Assembly (NCBI GenBank): GCA_002269645.1
Contig: NIVC01000903.1
Coordinates: 62,001 to 126,000, forward strand
Direction of reading: 5' to 3'
Origin: Macrostomum lignano
Lineage: Eukaryota
Length of the DNA: 64,000 nt
Position numbers and translations under genes: made by a program. A model generated the notes under the pieces. That model was given only the letters and a program-made list of their open reading frames with translations, searched no databases and was not told the origin of the DNA. Of the stretch, positions 63,711 to 64,000 are shown in pieces (position 1 is the stretch's first letter; every line of letters begins with the position of its first letter).

Positions 63711-64000
63711 ATAGCACTCTCGCATCCAATCTCACTCTTAACAATGGCTTCAAATCCCCATCCGAGTTTCTCTTTATTAATCCCTAGCTGTTCTCTCTCA
63801 GCAGCACATTTGTAAGCCAATTATCGGAGGCGTAAAAAATGACCGACAAAATGCAAGAGAGACCGTCAGTTCATATTTCATTAACATATTAAACAGCTCC
63901 TCACCGGCTGCAGAGGCAGTACTAAGAGAAGCTTCAGTGAGCACTGCTCACGCGCCATGAGATGCAGAGGGACCACACAGGCTAGGAGTTGTTGGTCACG

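Overview
Animal genomic DNA with GT-AG introns, GC- and CpG-rich coding exons, and about 25 distinct mini- or microsatellite arrays. The style suggests a flatworm such as Macrostomum, but this is an inference and not shown. Four protein-coding genes are supported: (1) EMSY-like (+, 2 exons, ENT domain plus a degenerate C-terminal bromodomain-like segment); (2) a single-exon orphan (-, 216 aa); (3) CCDC142-like (-, with one frame break inside the large exon); (4) STARD3/MLN64-like (+, 7 coding exons, MENTAL + START domains, 439 aa). The standout structure is a 9,360-bp, apparently non-coding palindromic insertion at 38813-48172. It has two ~4,586-bp near-identical inverted arms, a 188-bp spacer and a flanking GCAGTT direct repeat, consistent with a giant foldback-type transposon. 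A second theme is that many arrays are built from units carrying consensus transcription-factor sites (RFX X-box, AP-1, NF-Y/CCAAT), and perfect X-boxes also sit at the starts of two genes. Also present are three copies of a tRNA-headed CORE-like SINE, a hAT-type MITE with an 8-bp TSD, and two sharply bounded domains almost devoid of CpG. All gene identities come from motif recognition by eye; no database search was run. I could not resolve a gene model in 48-64 kb.
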